In this document: one piece after another, positions 26,770-39,104 of the stretch | How the letters are laid out: each line of letters starts with the position of its first letter | Position numbering within the stretch: the stretch's first letter is position 1 | Assembly (NCBI RefSeq): GCF_009834535.1 | Contig: NC_045696.1 | Coordinates: 103,294,001 to 103,358,000, forward strand | Direction of reading: 5' to 3' | Length of the DNA: 64,000 nt | DNA from: Camelus ferus | Lineage: Eukaryota | Program-made: the position numbers and the translations under genes | Notes under the pieces: model-generated | Database searches by the model: none | The model's input: the letters and a program-made list of their open reading frames with translations, nothing else | What the model was told of the DNA's origin: nothing

Positions 26770-27490
26770 ATTTCAAATTTTAGTTTAAATACCTAGAGAA
26801 AAGTACACGTATAGGTGTACAGCTCAGTGAAATTTCACAATCCAGCACTTAAAAGCAGAATATTAGCATCCCAGACTCATGCCTTGTGCTCCCTTTCAAG
26901 GCTAACTGCTACCTTGACCTCCAACAAGATGGGCTATTTTTGTCTGATTTTGTGCTTTCCATATGGAATAATACACTGTTTATTCTTTTGTGACTAGCTT
27001 TTCTTGCTCAATGTGTTTGTGAGATTCATCCATATTGCTGTAGATATACGTTTCTCATGGCTATGTAATATTCCATTGGGTGAATAAACCATAATTTATT
27101 TGTTCTAATGTAATTGGGCATTTGGGTAGGGATATTATAGTGAGTGATCTTATGAACATTCTAGTTCACGTCCTTTGGTGAACACACATATGCATTTCTA
27201 TAAGACATGTACCTAGGATCAGAATTGTTTGGTTGGAATATACAGATGCTCAGCTTTAGTAGACGCTTCCAGACAAGTTTTTCAAAGTGGTAAGGCCAAT
27301 TTTCACTGCCACCAGTAGTGTAGGACGATTCCCTGTGGCTCAAATCCTTGCCAGTATTTGATATCTTTTATCTTTTTCCTTATGCTCAGTCTGGTGGGTG
27401 TTTAGTGGTAATGCATTGTGGTTTCAATTTGTATTTCCCTGGTGGTTAGTGAAGTGATGAATCTTTTCCATATTTTTGATTGTAAATTGT
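26770..27490 (-). mobile_element. Old L1 3' end (L1ME-like)
   Basis: gtttgtgagattcatccatattg…gtacctaggatcagaattg…cattgtggtttcaatttgtatttccctg. Confidence 0.75.
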
Positions 27491-27597
27491 GAAACAATGT
27501 TGTAGTGTGGAGTTCTGTATCAGATATATTTTAGCTTCATTCCAGAGTGCTGAATACAATATTTTACTAGTATTTAATGCATTTAAGGATGTAACCC

Positions 27598-28074
27598 TGA
27601 AAAACCCAATCAGAAAATCAGTAGATCTAAATAGACATTTCCCAAAGAAGACATACAGATGGCCAACAGGCACATAAAAAGATGCTCATCATTGCTAATT
27701 ACTAGAGAAATGCAAATCAAAACCACAGTGAAGTATCACCTCACACTGGTCGGAATGACTGTCATCGAAAAGTCTACAAATAATAAATTTTGGAGAGGGT
27801 GTGGAGAAAAGGGAACCCTCCTACACTGTTGGTGGACTGTAGTTTGGTGCAGCCACTGTGGAAGACAGTATGGAGGTTCTTTTAAAAATAGACCTACCAT
27901 ATGATCCAGCAATCCTGGTCCTGGGCATATATCCAGAAAAGATGAAAACTCTGGTTTGAAAAGATACATGCACTCCAATGTTCATAGCAGCACTGTTTAC
28001 GACAGCCAAGGCATGGAAACAACCAGGTGCCCATCAACAGACAATTGGCTTAAGAAGATGTGGTATGTGTATGT

Positions 28075-28125
<51 letters not shown>

Positions 28126-28561
28126 GGAATATTACTCAGCAATAAAAAGAAATGAAATATTGCCATTTGTGGTAACACAGATGGACCTAGAGTGTTATGC
28201 TTAGTGAAATAAGTCAGAGAAAGACAAATACTGTATGATATCACTTATATGTGGGATCTAAAAAAAAATTACAAATGAATTGATTACAGAACAGAAACAA
28301 ACTCACAGACTCTAGAAAACAATCTTAAGGTTATCAAAGGGAAGAGGGAGGAGGGAAGGGACAAATTAGGAGTATGGAATTCACAGGTACAAACTAGTGT
28401 ACATAAAATAGACAAGCAACAAGGATTTACTGTACAGCACAGGGAATTATATCCAGTTTCTTGTAATAACCTATAATGGAATATAATCTTAAAAAACTAA
28501 ATCACTGTGCTGTTCACCTGAAACTAATGCAGTATTGTAAATCAACTATACTTCAAAAAAA
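27598..28561 (+). mobile_element. 5'-truncated L1 (ORF2 C-terminus + 3'UTR)
   Basis: The ORF at 27659 reads [29 protein letters not shown]…[13 protein letters not shown]. The element ends aatcaactatacttcaaaaaaa. Confidence 0.92.
28077..28122. repeat. (AC)23 microsatellite inside L1
   Basis: Read directly. Confidence 0.95.
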
Positions 28562-30272
28562 GGGATATTACACAAGCCAAGGTCATGGGTGTGGATCTTA
28601 AAAATACCACACATTTAATACTTGAAGTGTTAAATATAATGACTGAAGTGTTAGTATAGTGTCCTATAATATGACATATAATTAGATTTGGTTTGAGTCT
28701 GTCAAATGTATTTTTGTAATTGAATTTTATCTTCCTGTTAACTTCAGGTATGTAATTGGAGATATGTTCTCATATGAAAATTCTTCAGTAGAACTAGTTT
28801 AAATTTTTTGGCAAAGACAGGTTAGTAAGTTGATAAGCTTTGTTGGTGATTGTAATCAGGAGTGTTGCTAGACTCGTTTAAATAATATTTATAAAGCACT
28901 ATGCAGATTTTTGTATTACTTTTAGAGCTTTGATAACTTTGAAATGTTCTTATCATCTTGGTTTTCTTTTTGTTTTATCCACTGATACTCTTATTCCTAA
29001 CCCTACATGTGTCCTTCTCAGAATTTATTCCCTTTTTCCTGTTGGTTGAGTCTTTAGAATAAGGTGGAAAGCACAAAATAATTAAAAAACTCTCCACCAA
29101 AAAAAAAAAAAACCAAACCCAGTTTATATACATATAATACATAAGTTTTATATATATGTATAAAATTTCATTAGCCTCATTGGTATTTTAAGATTATATC
29201 ATAATGGCAAGCTCTTGAGACAAAGTAGGGCTTGTACCTAGCACAGTGCCTGACTCTTAGGAGTCAATATCTATTTGTTGAGTAGATGAAACAATGACAA
29301 AATTCCACTGTCAAGTTTTTCTCCTCAGGTTTTGTTGGAGATTCCACTTGTCCCCTCCAGTTTTACATCTTTAGTTTAAAAGGGCGTATTTGAGACAAAT
29401 AGGAGAAAATTGTTATTAGTAAAACTTTTTAAAGTGGAACTTTCAAGGTAACCCCATAGACAAGTCGGAAAAGAGAAAGGTAAAACTGTGAAATCACTGG
29501 AGATATTGTGCATTTTCGTGATTTTTTTTTTTTTTTGTAGTTACTGATTTTGGAAGAATCTATTCAAATTTGCATTAAAATTATAAACAAATAGTGTCAT
29601 CTTAATGTTAATTAAGATGTATCAGTGAAATAATTCTACAATATGTATCGATCACTTATGAGCAGAGAACTAGGAAAAAAGTAATACTTTAAGAGGAGGA
29701 AAATAAAAGAAGTTCCAAATCTGAGGAAAGAGAGCTGGAGGCGGGAAGACCAGAAACAATGAAACTGTGTCTGACTCGCGTCTGTTGTCCCAGATGATAT
29801 TAAAGAGAGTTCTGTGCTGAATGTTTTTTTCCTGACTCTCTTCTACTTTGGATCACAAAATTTTATAGTGTATTGTTTGGTTAGAAAAGACAGTTAATCC
29901 TCTAGAAACTGTTGATTATTTGCTGCCAGTTTTTAAAACTTTCCTTGGTTTTTGGTTCCAGATCTTTAAGCCTCACTCTGAACTGACCCAATTGTTGAGA
30001 AGCATTGGATACAATCATTGGAAAATCTTGACCTTATGTGTTAGAGTGGCTACAAAGCAAATGCATAGGGCTTAGGCCTGAAACTTCAGTGCTTTGTTTA
30101 TTTAATATGTGTAACAATTTTATATAATCAATCAAAGCTAATTATAACTGCTGCTTAATTCTGTATCAAAATATCTAAATGTTGCTTTGTACTGTAATAT
30201 CAGATACTCGAATTCAAAGATATTCTAGGTTTTATTTGTTCTGATCTCTGTGTTCTCTTTTTTAATATCTAG

Positions 30273-30288
30273 GATTAGTTATACCAAG
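30273..30288 (+). other. TFDP2: Candidate 16-nt alternative micro-exon of TFDP2
   Basis: Branch-point-like CTGAT at 30241, pyrimidine tract ctctgtgttctctttttt, then atctag|GATTAGTTATACCAAG|GTAAGT with a near-consensus donor. It lies in a repeat-poor stretch. Confidence 0.6.
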
Positions 30289-31319
30289 GTAAGTTTTAAA
30301 TGAATTAGGCATTTAACAAATAAACTATACCTGAAACTAATATAATATTGTAAATCAAGTAACTTCAATAAAATAAAATTTTAACAGACTACTTAAAAAT
30401 ATTAATTTATGTAGAAATGTCTAGGAAGACAGGTTAGATCAGGCTTTATTTAGATCAGTGAATTGTACTATCCCAAAGTTGTAAGCTTTTTAAGGCAATG
30501 TCCTTATCTCAGTTTCTATGAAATTTGAATTGGGGATCTTGTAAGATAATTGTGACTGTTTTGCAAGCCATAAGGAGAAAAGTAACATCTGATATTGTCT
30601 GGAACACAGATTTTAAAGGATTCCAACGTTAACACATACTAAGCGCAATTGGTATTGAACTGGCTTGCGGAATGATGTGTGTTATAATAATATATGAACT
30701 CTGAGATGGTTTGGATAAAAAACCTTATTATAAAGCCAAGAGGGCTGAGTCTGGGTGCTGTGGTCATGGAAAACTTCTAGCATCTCCCTGCAGCCACGTT
30801 TAGTTCTACAGTTATTACCCACTCCCTTCTAACTTATCCTGGATTTTTTGAAAAGGAGGGAAGTGTCTTTCTCTGAGATTTTTCTGTTCATGTTAGATAA
30901 TTGGAATGTAATCCCTTAAACTTAATCTATTGGAATAAAATAATGTACTCAAAATTGTTTCAGCAAAGTACTCTTAGAAATTCTTAGTTGATTAACCACA
31001 GTTCACAGCTCTTCCACTGCACATTATCCTTAAATTTCAGAAATTCCTTTCTGGATGGAAGAGTCAAAACAACCCACCCAGGAACAAATTATTTTCTTGG
31101 TTGGCAGAGCAATCTCAATTCCTAACATACATGAAATCAAGCTGAGAACCAAGATTTAGAGTTTTCTTAGCTCTGCTGATTTTTGTTATTATTGTGCTTG
31201 TATTTCTATTTTCACACAGTTCCTTCAAGTGATTAAGCTGATCTCAGAAAAATATTTTGTATTTTGTGATTGTAAAAAAAACTTGTAAAATTATTTTGTT
31301 TCAGAAAGGCTGTGCTATT

Positions 31320-31845
31320 ATTCATATACTTTTGTTATCCTGTGGAAGCTATGGAAATGGACCATTCAGATCTCCTGCTGGAGGGAGGCATAACTGATTG
31401 ACAGTGACAGCTGGGACCCCTCTGGATCCATCACCTCATTCTTGCTGAGGCCACCCACACGAATTGTGGCTGTTCTCAATAATGAGTGAGCATGATTGTG
31501 TCCATCCTTACAAGATGCAGAACTCCTCTGATGGGCAGGGCATTTCTATTGCTACATAACAAATTATCCTGATACCTAACAGCTTAAAACAACAAATATC
31601 ATCCCACACAGTTTCTGAGGGTCAGGAGTGGCTTAGCTGGGTAACTCTGCCTCACAGTCTCTCATGTATTGTAAACAAGCCGTAGGCCAGGGCTGTAGTC
31701 ATCTGAGGGCTGGACTACGGCTGGAACGTTTGGCTTCCAAGATGGCTCACTAATGTGGCTCTTGGCAAGGGTCCTCCGTTCCTCCCTGGCTGTTGTCAGG
31801 AGGTTTCAGATCCTTGCCACAGGGCTGTCTCCATAGGCCAGCAAC
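31320..31845 (-). mobile_element. LTR remnants: LTR16-like piece followed by MLT1F/G-like LTR
   Basis: ctattgctacataacaaatt…gcttaaaacaaca…cagtttctgagggtcagga…cttccaagatggctcact (MLT1). The 31320-31530 assignment is less certain. Confidence 0.65.
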
Positions 31846-31949
31846 TAATACACATTTTCAGGGGCCAAATTTGTCAGGGATTAGTAATAATTTGGTTCTC
31901 ATCTTAGTTATCATTTCCTCTAAGACACTTCTCTAAACAACATTCCCAC

Positions 31950-32065
31950 CTAGGGTTGCCAGATATACCAATAAACATACAGGAAATATTTGGGACATAC
32001 TTACTCTAAAGATGTATTCATTGTTTATTTGAAATTCAGATTTAACCAGATGTCTTGGAGCCCTA
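31950..32065. mobile_element. MER53-like hAT MITE
   Basis: tagggttgccagat…aatatttgggacatactta…tttatttgaaattcagatttaac. Confidence 0.7.
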
Positions 32066-32082
32066 TTTTACACCCTCTCTGG

Positions 32083-32195
32083 GTTTAGTTTGTCTTTTGT
32101 TTTGTTTTGCTTTTTTTAGTGGAGGTACTGGCGATTGAACCCATGACCTCATTCATGCTAAGCATGTGCTCTACCACTTGAGCTGTACCCTCCCC
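32083..32195 (-). mobile_element. tRNA-derived SINE (Vic-1-like)
   Basis: ggaggtactggcgattgaacccatgacctc…gctaagcatgtgctctaccacttgagctgtaccctcccc. Confidence 0.85.
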
Positions 32196-32809
32196 ACCTC
32201 TCATTAAAGTTTTGATTTGCATTTCATGTGCCTGTTGACCATTTGTATGTCTTCATTGGAGAATTGCTTGTTTAGGTCTTCTGCCCATTTTTGGATTGGG
32301 TTGCTTGTTTTTTTGATACTAAGGTGTGGGTTGCTTGCTTTTTTGATATTAAGGTGTATGAGCTGTTTGTGTATTTTGGAAATTAGTCCCTCGTCTGTCG
32401 CATCATTTGCAAATAGTGTGGCACCTTTTTCTTGACCTTGAAAGGTACTCAGTAAATATGCATGGGCTATTCGAAGAAGGAAAACGCTTGGTCTTATAAC
32501 TGCATGTACTTTTTCTCCTCCTCCATCTTTTTTTACTTTTCAAGTTCATCACTACCATGATGAATGTCAAGGGAATGCTAATGCAGAGAAAGGGCTAGGA
32601 ACTCCAGCATTTAAAAACTTACTTCATATATAAGTGTTTGTTTCCCCTTCTGATAGCTGGAGGTAATACCTATTTCCTGCCTACCTAAGATAATACCTGC
32701 CTCCTGTCTACATTTTCAGAAGAAAAATAAAAATTATTAAGCCTACTCTCTTCTAGGAACTGTGCTAGTTGCAATAATTGGAAGCTAGCCTTTTTTATAG
32801 TGGTAGTAG

Positions 32810-33070
32810 GTTTTAAGTAGTGGTAAAGGTATGGAATCCAAAGCTCTGAGTTTGAATCTTAGCCTTGTTGCACTGATGTCACATACTAATGAGCAGATTA
32901 CTAAATTGTGTTTCAGAATGTCAGTTTTCTCATCTCTGAAACAGGAATAATAATCTCATCTCTAAAACAGCTACCTGATAACTGATAAGGGCAATTGTAA
33001 AGATTAAATGGTAAAACGTGTGACCTTGCACATATTTTTGGCACATGGTAGGTACACAGCAAATCCCTAA
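32810..33070 (+). mobile_element. MIR SINE
   Basis: gagtttgaatcttagc…cagttttctcatctctgaaacaggaataataat…agattaaatg. Confidence 0.7.
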
Positions 33071-33949
33071 TGAAGCTTCTCAGCCTGCTGTATTGTAATT
33101 CCTTGGGTGACTTTGACTTTTGATTTATAGGCATTCATAATTCCACCAATTATAGATTCTCAATGGAGCACATATATGAAATATCTGATCCTATGATTTC
33201 TCTAACCGAGAGCATTACTATGGCAGCAACACATCCCTAGAGCAAAACTAACTTACTCTGTATCAGTCTAAAATAGCTAATTTTCCATATACGTAGTGCT
33301 TGTTAAATCCTGTCCCCAATGATGGAAGGAAGCTACACTGAAGAATCAAAAATGGATGTTTCTCTGATTGGTTGTCTGCCTTGTGGTTACTTACAAGACA
33401 GCTCTCAAGACTCCACTTTCTCAGTTTGTGGTTCTTCTGAAAAGTCAAGTTCAAGTGTAACTTTTGGCCCATTGCTTCTCAGGAGGTTTCTTTCTTACTG
33501 GCCTCCCATGCATTGGGATTGCTGGTTGTACCACCCCAGTGTCCCCAGTACTGTCTTCCCCCTCTTGACCCCAGAGCTTTTCAGTTTAATGAATAAGGAA
33601 AGTGAGTTTCATATGGATTAAATGACTTACCACAGGTCACCCAAGTAGTCAACTGGGATTTGAATCCAGGTATCCTGACTGCATTGCAATATGTATAGTA
33701 CATTCTAGTTGTTTTATTAAATGAGAATTATGGAACCTGTGGATTGATAAACAAATCAATGAAGTGAGATGTTAGTATTGTGAAGTGCTATGCAGAGATG
33801 CACAGTAATCCCTATGGTAGAAAAGTTTGTAGTTGATTTAAATCATAAATTAAATAACAAAAGATAGTAAGTGCCAATGATTTATATAACAACAACAACA
33901 ACAACAAAGAAAGCCTATTGAAAATCAGAATTATTTTTAGCCATATGGA

Positions 33950-36330
33950 ATACTTTTGTATATTTTATTAATATCATTTGTGTCTAGATTCTTATACTTA
34001 GGATAATGCTTTTGAGATTTATTCATGTTGTTGTGTGTATCAGTTCTTTTTTTATTACCAACTAGTGTTCCATTTTATGGATTGTACCACAGTTTGTTTA
34101 TCCATCCATGAGTTGATGAACATTTGTGTTGTTCCCAGTTGTAGACTTATTATGAGTAAAACTACTGTGATTAACATTCAAATACAAACTTGTGTGTTGA
34201 TGTAAGTTTTCATTAGGAGTGGAATTGCTGGGTCAATAGTAAGTGTATGTTTAACTTTATAAGAAATCACCAAACATGTTTCCCAAAGTGTCTATACAAT
34301 TCAGTCATGCCATTGGCAATATATGAGTTCTAGTTGCCTTATATCCTTGCCAGTGCTTGATAGAGTCAGTCTTTTTTTTCATTTTAGCTGTTCAAGTGGG
34401 TTTATATGACATCTCAGTGTGGTTTTGGTTTGTATTTCCCCAGTGAGTAATGATGTTGTGCATCTTTTCATGTGCTTATTTGCCATCAGCACATCTTTGA
34501 AAGGTAACAGTTTAAATTTTTTGCCTATTTTTTAATTGGGTTGTTTATCTTATTATTGTCTTATTCTGTGTACAAGCCCATTATTAGATATTTATTTTGC
34601 AAGTATTTCTCCAAGCCTGTAGCTTGCCTTTAATTTTCTTAACGTTAAGTTTTGAAGAGCAAACATGTTTTCTATTTGAAGGTACAACTTGTTAATTTTA
34701 AAAAGTTTGTTCTTCGTTATGTCCTATTTAACAAATCTTTGCCTGAGCCAAGATTACTAAGGCTTTTGCTTTTTTTTTTTTTTTTTTTTTAAGAGTTTAA
34801 CAGTTTTTCCTCTTAAATTTAAGTCTTGGGTAAGTTTTGAGTTAAATTTTTATGTATGGAGTGAGGTGAGGGGTGAGGTATATCTTTCTTACATATGAAT
34901 AACCAATCATTACAGCATCATTTATTGAAAAGATTATCCTTTCCCATAGAATTATTTTGTACCTTTGCCAGATATCAAATTGAGGGTCTGTTTCCAGGTC
35001 CTGTTTTGTTCCATTGATCCAAATGTCTATCCTCATGACAGTAACACACTGCTTAGTGCAGCTCAGTGGTTCCCTGCAAAGGGCAGTTTTGCCCTCTGTA
35101 GGATATTTGGCAGCTTCTGGAGATGTTGTTGATTGTCACAACTTGGGGTGTGGAGGATTTGCCTCTGGTAGAGGACGGGATGCTGCTAAGCATCGTACAG
35201 TATGCAGGACAGTTTCTCCATCACAAAGAATTAGCCAGTCCAAAAAGTCAACAGTGCCAAGACTGAGAAACTCTGCTGTAGCTGTATGTTAGGTCTTGAA
35301 ATCAAGTAGTGTAAGTCCTCCAACTTTGTTCTTTTTCAGAGTTGTTTTGGCTTTACCAAGTCTTGTATTTTTATATAAATTTTAGAATCAGCTTATAAAT
35401 ATCTACAAAACTGCCCGCTGAGAGTTTGACTGGGATTACACTGAAGGTACAGATGAACTTGGGAAGCTTTGACATCTTAACAGTATTGAATCTTCTGATT
35501 TATGAGCATGGTTTATCTGCCCATTAATTGAAATCTTTTATAGTTTGTCTCGGAAGAATGTAATAGTTTTCATCATACAGGCCTTGCACATATTTTATTA
35601 AATGTATCCCAAAGTGTTTCATATTCATATTTGATGTTACTATAAATTACATGTTTTTGTTGCAAACTCTGATTTTTTTAGTTGCTAGAATATAGATATA
35701 TAGTCGATATTTTTATATTGACTTTGTTGCCTGTGACCTTGCTAACAAACTTACTAGTTTACTAGTAAGTTAATTTTTATAGATTCCATAGGATTTTCCA
35801 CATAGACCAACATTTTGTTTCTAAAACTTACTTCTTTATTTTTGTAATGCCTTTTTTCCTTCTTCTTGACTAATTGCACTGACTAAAACTGCTGTTCGCT
35901 GTTGAAATAGTGAAAGTGGATATCATTGTCTTGTTCCTGATCTTAGGGGAAAAGCATTCTTTTTTTTTTTTTTTTTTACCATTCAGTGTGACTTTTAGCT
36001 ATAGGTTTGTGTAGTTGCCTTTTAGCACCCTGAGGAAATTCCCTTCTGTTCCTTGTCTGCTGAAAGTTATTATCATGTATGGTTGTTGAGTTTTGTCAAA
36101 TACCTTATCTGATGATAATGTAGTTTTCCTTTTTTATTCTTTTGATACATGGTGAATTACATTGATTTTCTTATATTAAACCAATATCAGAACCAATATT
36201 AAACCAATGGATATTGCATTCCTGGGATAAATCCCACTTAGGCATGATATATTGTCCTTTTTATATATTGGGTTCAATTTCCTAAAATTTTGTTTGGAAT
36301 TTTTGAGGGATATTGATCTATAATTTACTT
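33950..36330 (-). mobile_element. Old L1 (3'UTR to ORF2) interrupted by MER20
   Basis: ttgagatttattcatgttgttgtg…gagtggaattgctgggtc…cttgttcctgatcttagggga…gcattcctgggataaatcccactt. Confidence 0.85.
35064..35275. mobile_element. MER20 (hAT-Charlie)
   Basis: cagtggttccc…ttgtcacaacttgggg…ggatgctgctaagcatc…caacagtgccaagactgagaaactctg. Degenerate 8-bp TSD gtgcagct/ctgtagct. Confidence 0.88.
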
Positions 36331-39104
36331 TTAATGTTTTTGTTTGTTTTTTTGTTTTCTTTTGTTTATTTTTATTCTTTTTCTGAAGTAGTCTTTGACT
36401 TTAGTTGTCACTTTGTTTACATTCAGCATTTTAAGGGATTAACACTGAAACAAGAGGTCAGTTTACTTAATGTAAAAAGTCTGTTGTGTTTTGAGTGTCT
36501 TTTGCCAAGAACTGTGCCCAATTCTTTGTGTTCATTATTTCCTATAATCCTCACAACCTCCTTGTAAAAGAAGTGTTGCACCCATTTTAGAGATGAGAAA
36601 ATGGAGGCTTTGAGCAGTTAACTAACTTTCTCAAGTGGTAGAGACAGTTCAGATCATGACTGTGAGATCAGGGATCAGTCTTCTAAACACATTGCTCCAC
36701 ATTCATATGTTTCTCAGGAAATTTTTGAGTAACATGGAACACTATTGACAAGACTAGAAGGAATATAGAGAACTCTACCTCTAGGTAATAGCAGTCCACC
36801 TTGATGTGCTAATTGATTATAGTATTTGTGTGTTAACTTATTTTTCAGTTTATTTTGAGAGTGTCTCTGGTAACTGGCATATTATCTCACCAGTTTGTAA
36901 GTTTTGTCATGTACATTTTATTTTGGAGGGACTTGAATATTTCTAGTTGGTTGCTGCAGTGTTTAAGTTTAAATCTTACGTCTGTTGGCAGTTTCTTGAC
37001 ATTTTAATCTGGATTAGAGCTTCCTTGAGAGAAACTAACACTTCTCTTTTTATTGTGCTTTATTTCTATATGCTCACTAATATCAATAAGCATATTTCTG
37101 TTTGTGTACATTTGTAGTGTGGTTGAGAGTTAAGGGAGGCAAGAGTAGATAAGAAGCTGTTTCTTCCACCTATCTGCTGTCCCTCAGTTGAACATGTGCC
37201 AGATCATTGTAGGACCTTTTAGCCTCAAGATTTCAACTGCGGGAAGGAAGCTTGGGTTTAGCCGGCAGCCAGCTAGTGGGCCCCAGCTTAATCTCCTCTG
37301 TGATCCCATGATCAAATAGGTGAAAATACACAGAGAAGCAGAGTTACAAATAGAATCAGAAACTAGAAATAAAGATCAAAATATGCCAGGCATAAGGAGG
37401 ATTTTCTATCAGTGAAAAGTAAAGTCAGATCCCTGAGACAGAAGGGCAGGGACAGACAGGAAAAAGGTTGTTTTCTACCCATCTCTACTGCTTCCCTACA
37501 GTTTAAGGAAGTGGGGTCTTTGCCAACCAGAAGCGTGGCAACTACCTCCTGCGGTGTTGCAGCTGCTATCTGCAGCATCCAGGGCTCTTCTTCTCCCTCC
37601 CATCTCTTTTATCGTTACCTCTCCACTTCCCTTGGTGACCACAGTTCTGTAAAGGCGGGCAGAGCTGGACTGGTTATGGTGCATTTCCAGATGTGAAGTG
37701 GGAAGGGGCAGAGAGAGAAAGATCCTTGGGGTTGCATGCATTTTTTCAGGCCCTACTTCAAATAAACACACAACTAAAGCCTTTTATTTTGAAACTGTCA
37801 AATATTTACAAAGCATATAAACAACAGCTTAATGAACTCCTTTGTACCAGTCACCACCTTAAGCGCTCTTGGTTAGGCCCTACTTTTGACCAGGGAAGAA
37901 CTATATTCTCTCTCGAAGTAATCAGGATTAAATTATCACCAGACTGCCTAACACCACAAGTTTGGGTAAGAGTTATGTGAATCAGTCTTTTTTCCAACTT
38001 AAGAAAAGAGTTAAAAGTCAAATAATACCCAGATGAATAGTAAAGGGAGAGCCTAAGTAGAATTTGCTTAACCTTTTTCTTAGCAAACACCAAACCCAGA
38101 AAGTTTTCTCAACTTTCAAGTAATTTTTTAAAAGGCATCATGGGTTTTATAAAGAAATTCTGCAGAATAAAAGAAGTTTTATATTTAAGACAGAAGAAAA
38201 TCATACTTGGAAAAAATTGAGAAGGGAAATAAGATAGTATTAGATGGCATATGCTTTCTTCTGAAAATTGTTCAATCTGAAATAGTATGTGAAAGATAAC
38301 AGACTGACATAGAAGCAAGCCAGCTGAGATATCAATGAAGATTATAGTAATATAGCTAAATATTTATTGAATGCCAGATACTGTGTCAAAACCCTTCATG
38401 AATTAGCTAATTAAATAATTAAATGATTATTCCTAAGAAAGTTGAAGTAAATAGGTTAAATTACTTCCCCTGAGATTATACACCTAGGCAGAGGTAGGTC
38501 TCATATTTGAGTCCCGATAGACTGAATGCAGGGCCCTGAACTAGAGGAAATAAGGATGATTGCAAAGGATCTTGAATCATTCTTTGTGCTTTTCTGCATT
38601 TAAAATTTTCCTCAAGACTCCTCAAAACTCATAAAGATAGTGAAATTCAATGCACTATTCAAATCCACAACGAAGATGTCAAAAGATAGTCAGTGGTGAA
38701 AATCAAGTAAATGATGTGGAAGAGAAGCTGGAGAAGGTCTTCCAAAATACAGCTGTTGAAAAGAGTCAAAAAGATGAAAGTGATAGGTACAGAGGATACC
38801 CAGTAGGTAGATTAAGTAGTATTCCTGAATAAAGGAGACTATAGATAGAAGAGAAGCAGTAATCAAAGGTGAGATGGACAACAACATCCTTAAGCTCAAT
38901 GGAACACTATTTATGGTGTTGTTAGGAAAAAGAAAATGTCTACAGTGTGATTAGCAAAGGACAGAAAATAAAGGAGATAATATTAAAGAGCATCGAGAAT
39001 AACAGAGTGGCAGAATGTGAGACCGCAGTATCAGTAATTAGAATGAAAGCGAGTACATTAACACATACGTTTAAAACTTACAGACTTGGGTTGGGTCAAA
39101 AAAA

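Noticed and set aside
32976..32988. Tandem TGATAA motifs as a GATA enhancer
   Set aside because: They lie inside a MIR, and WGATAR is common in AT-rich DNA. There is no independent support from sequence alone.
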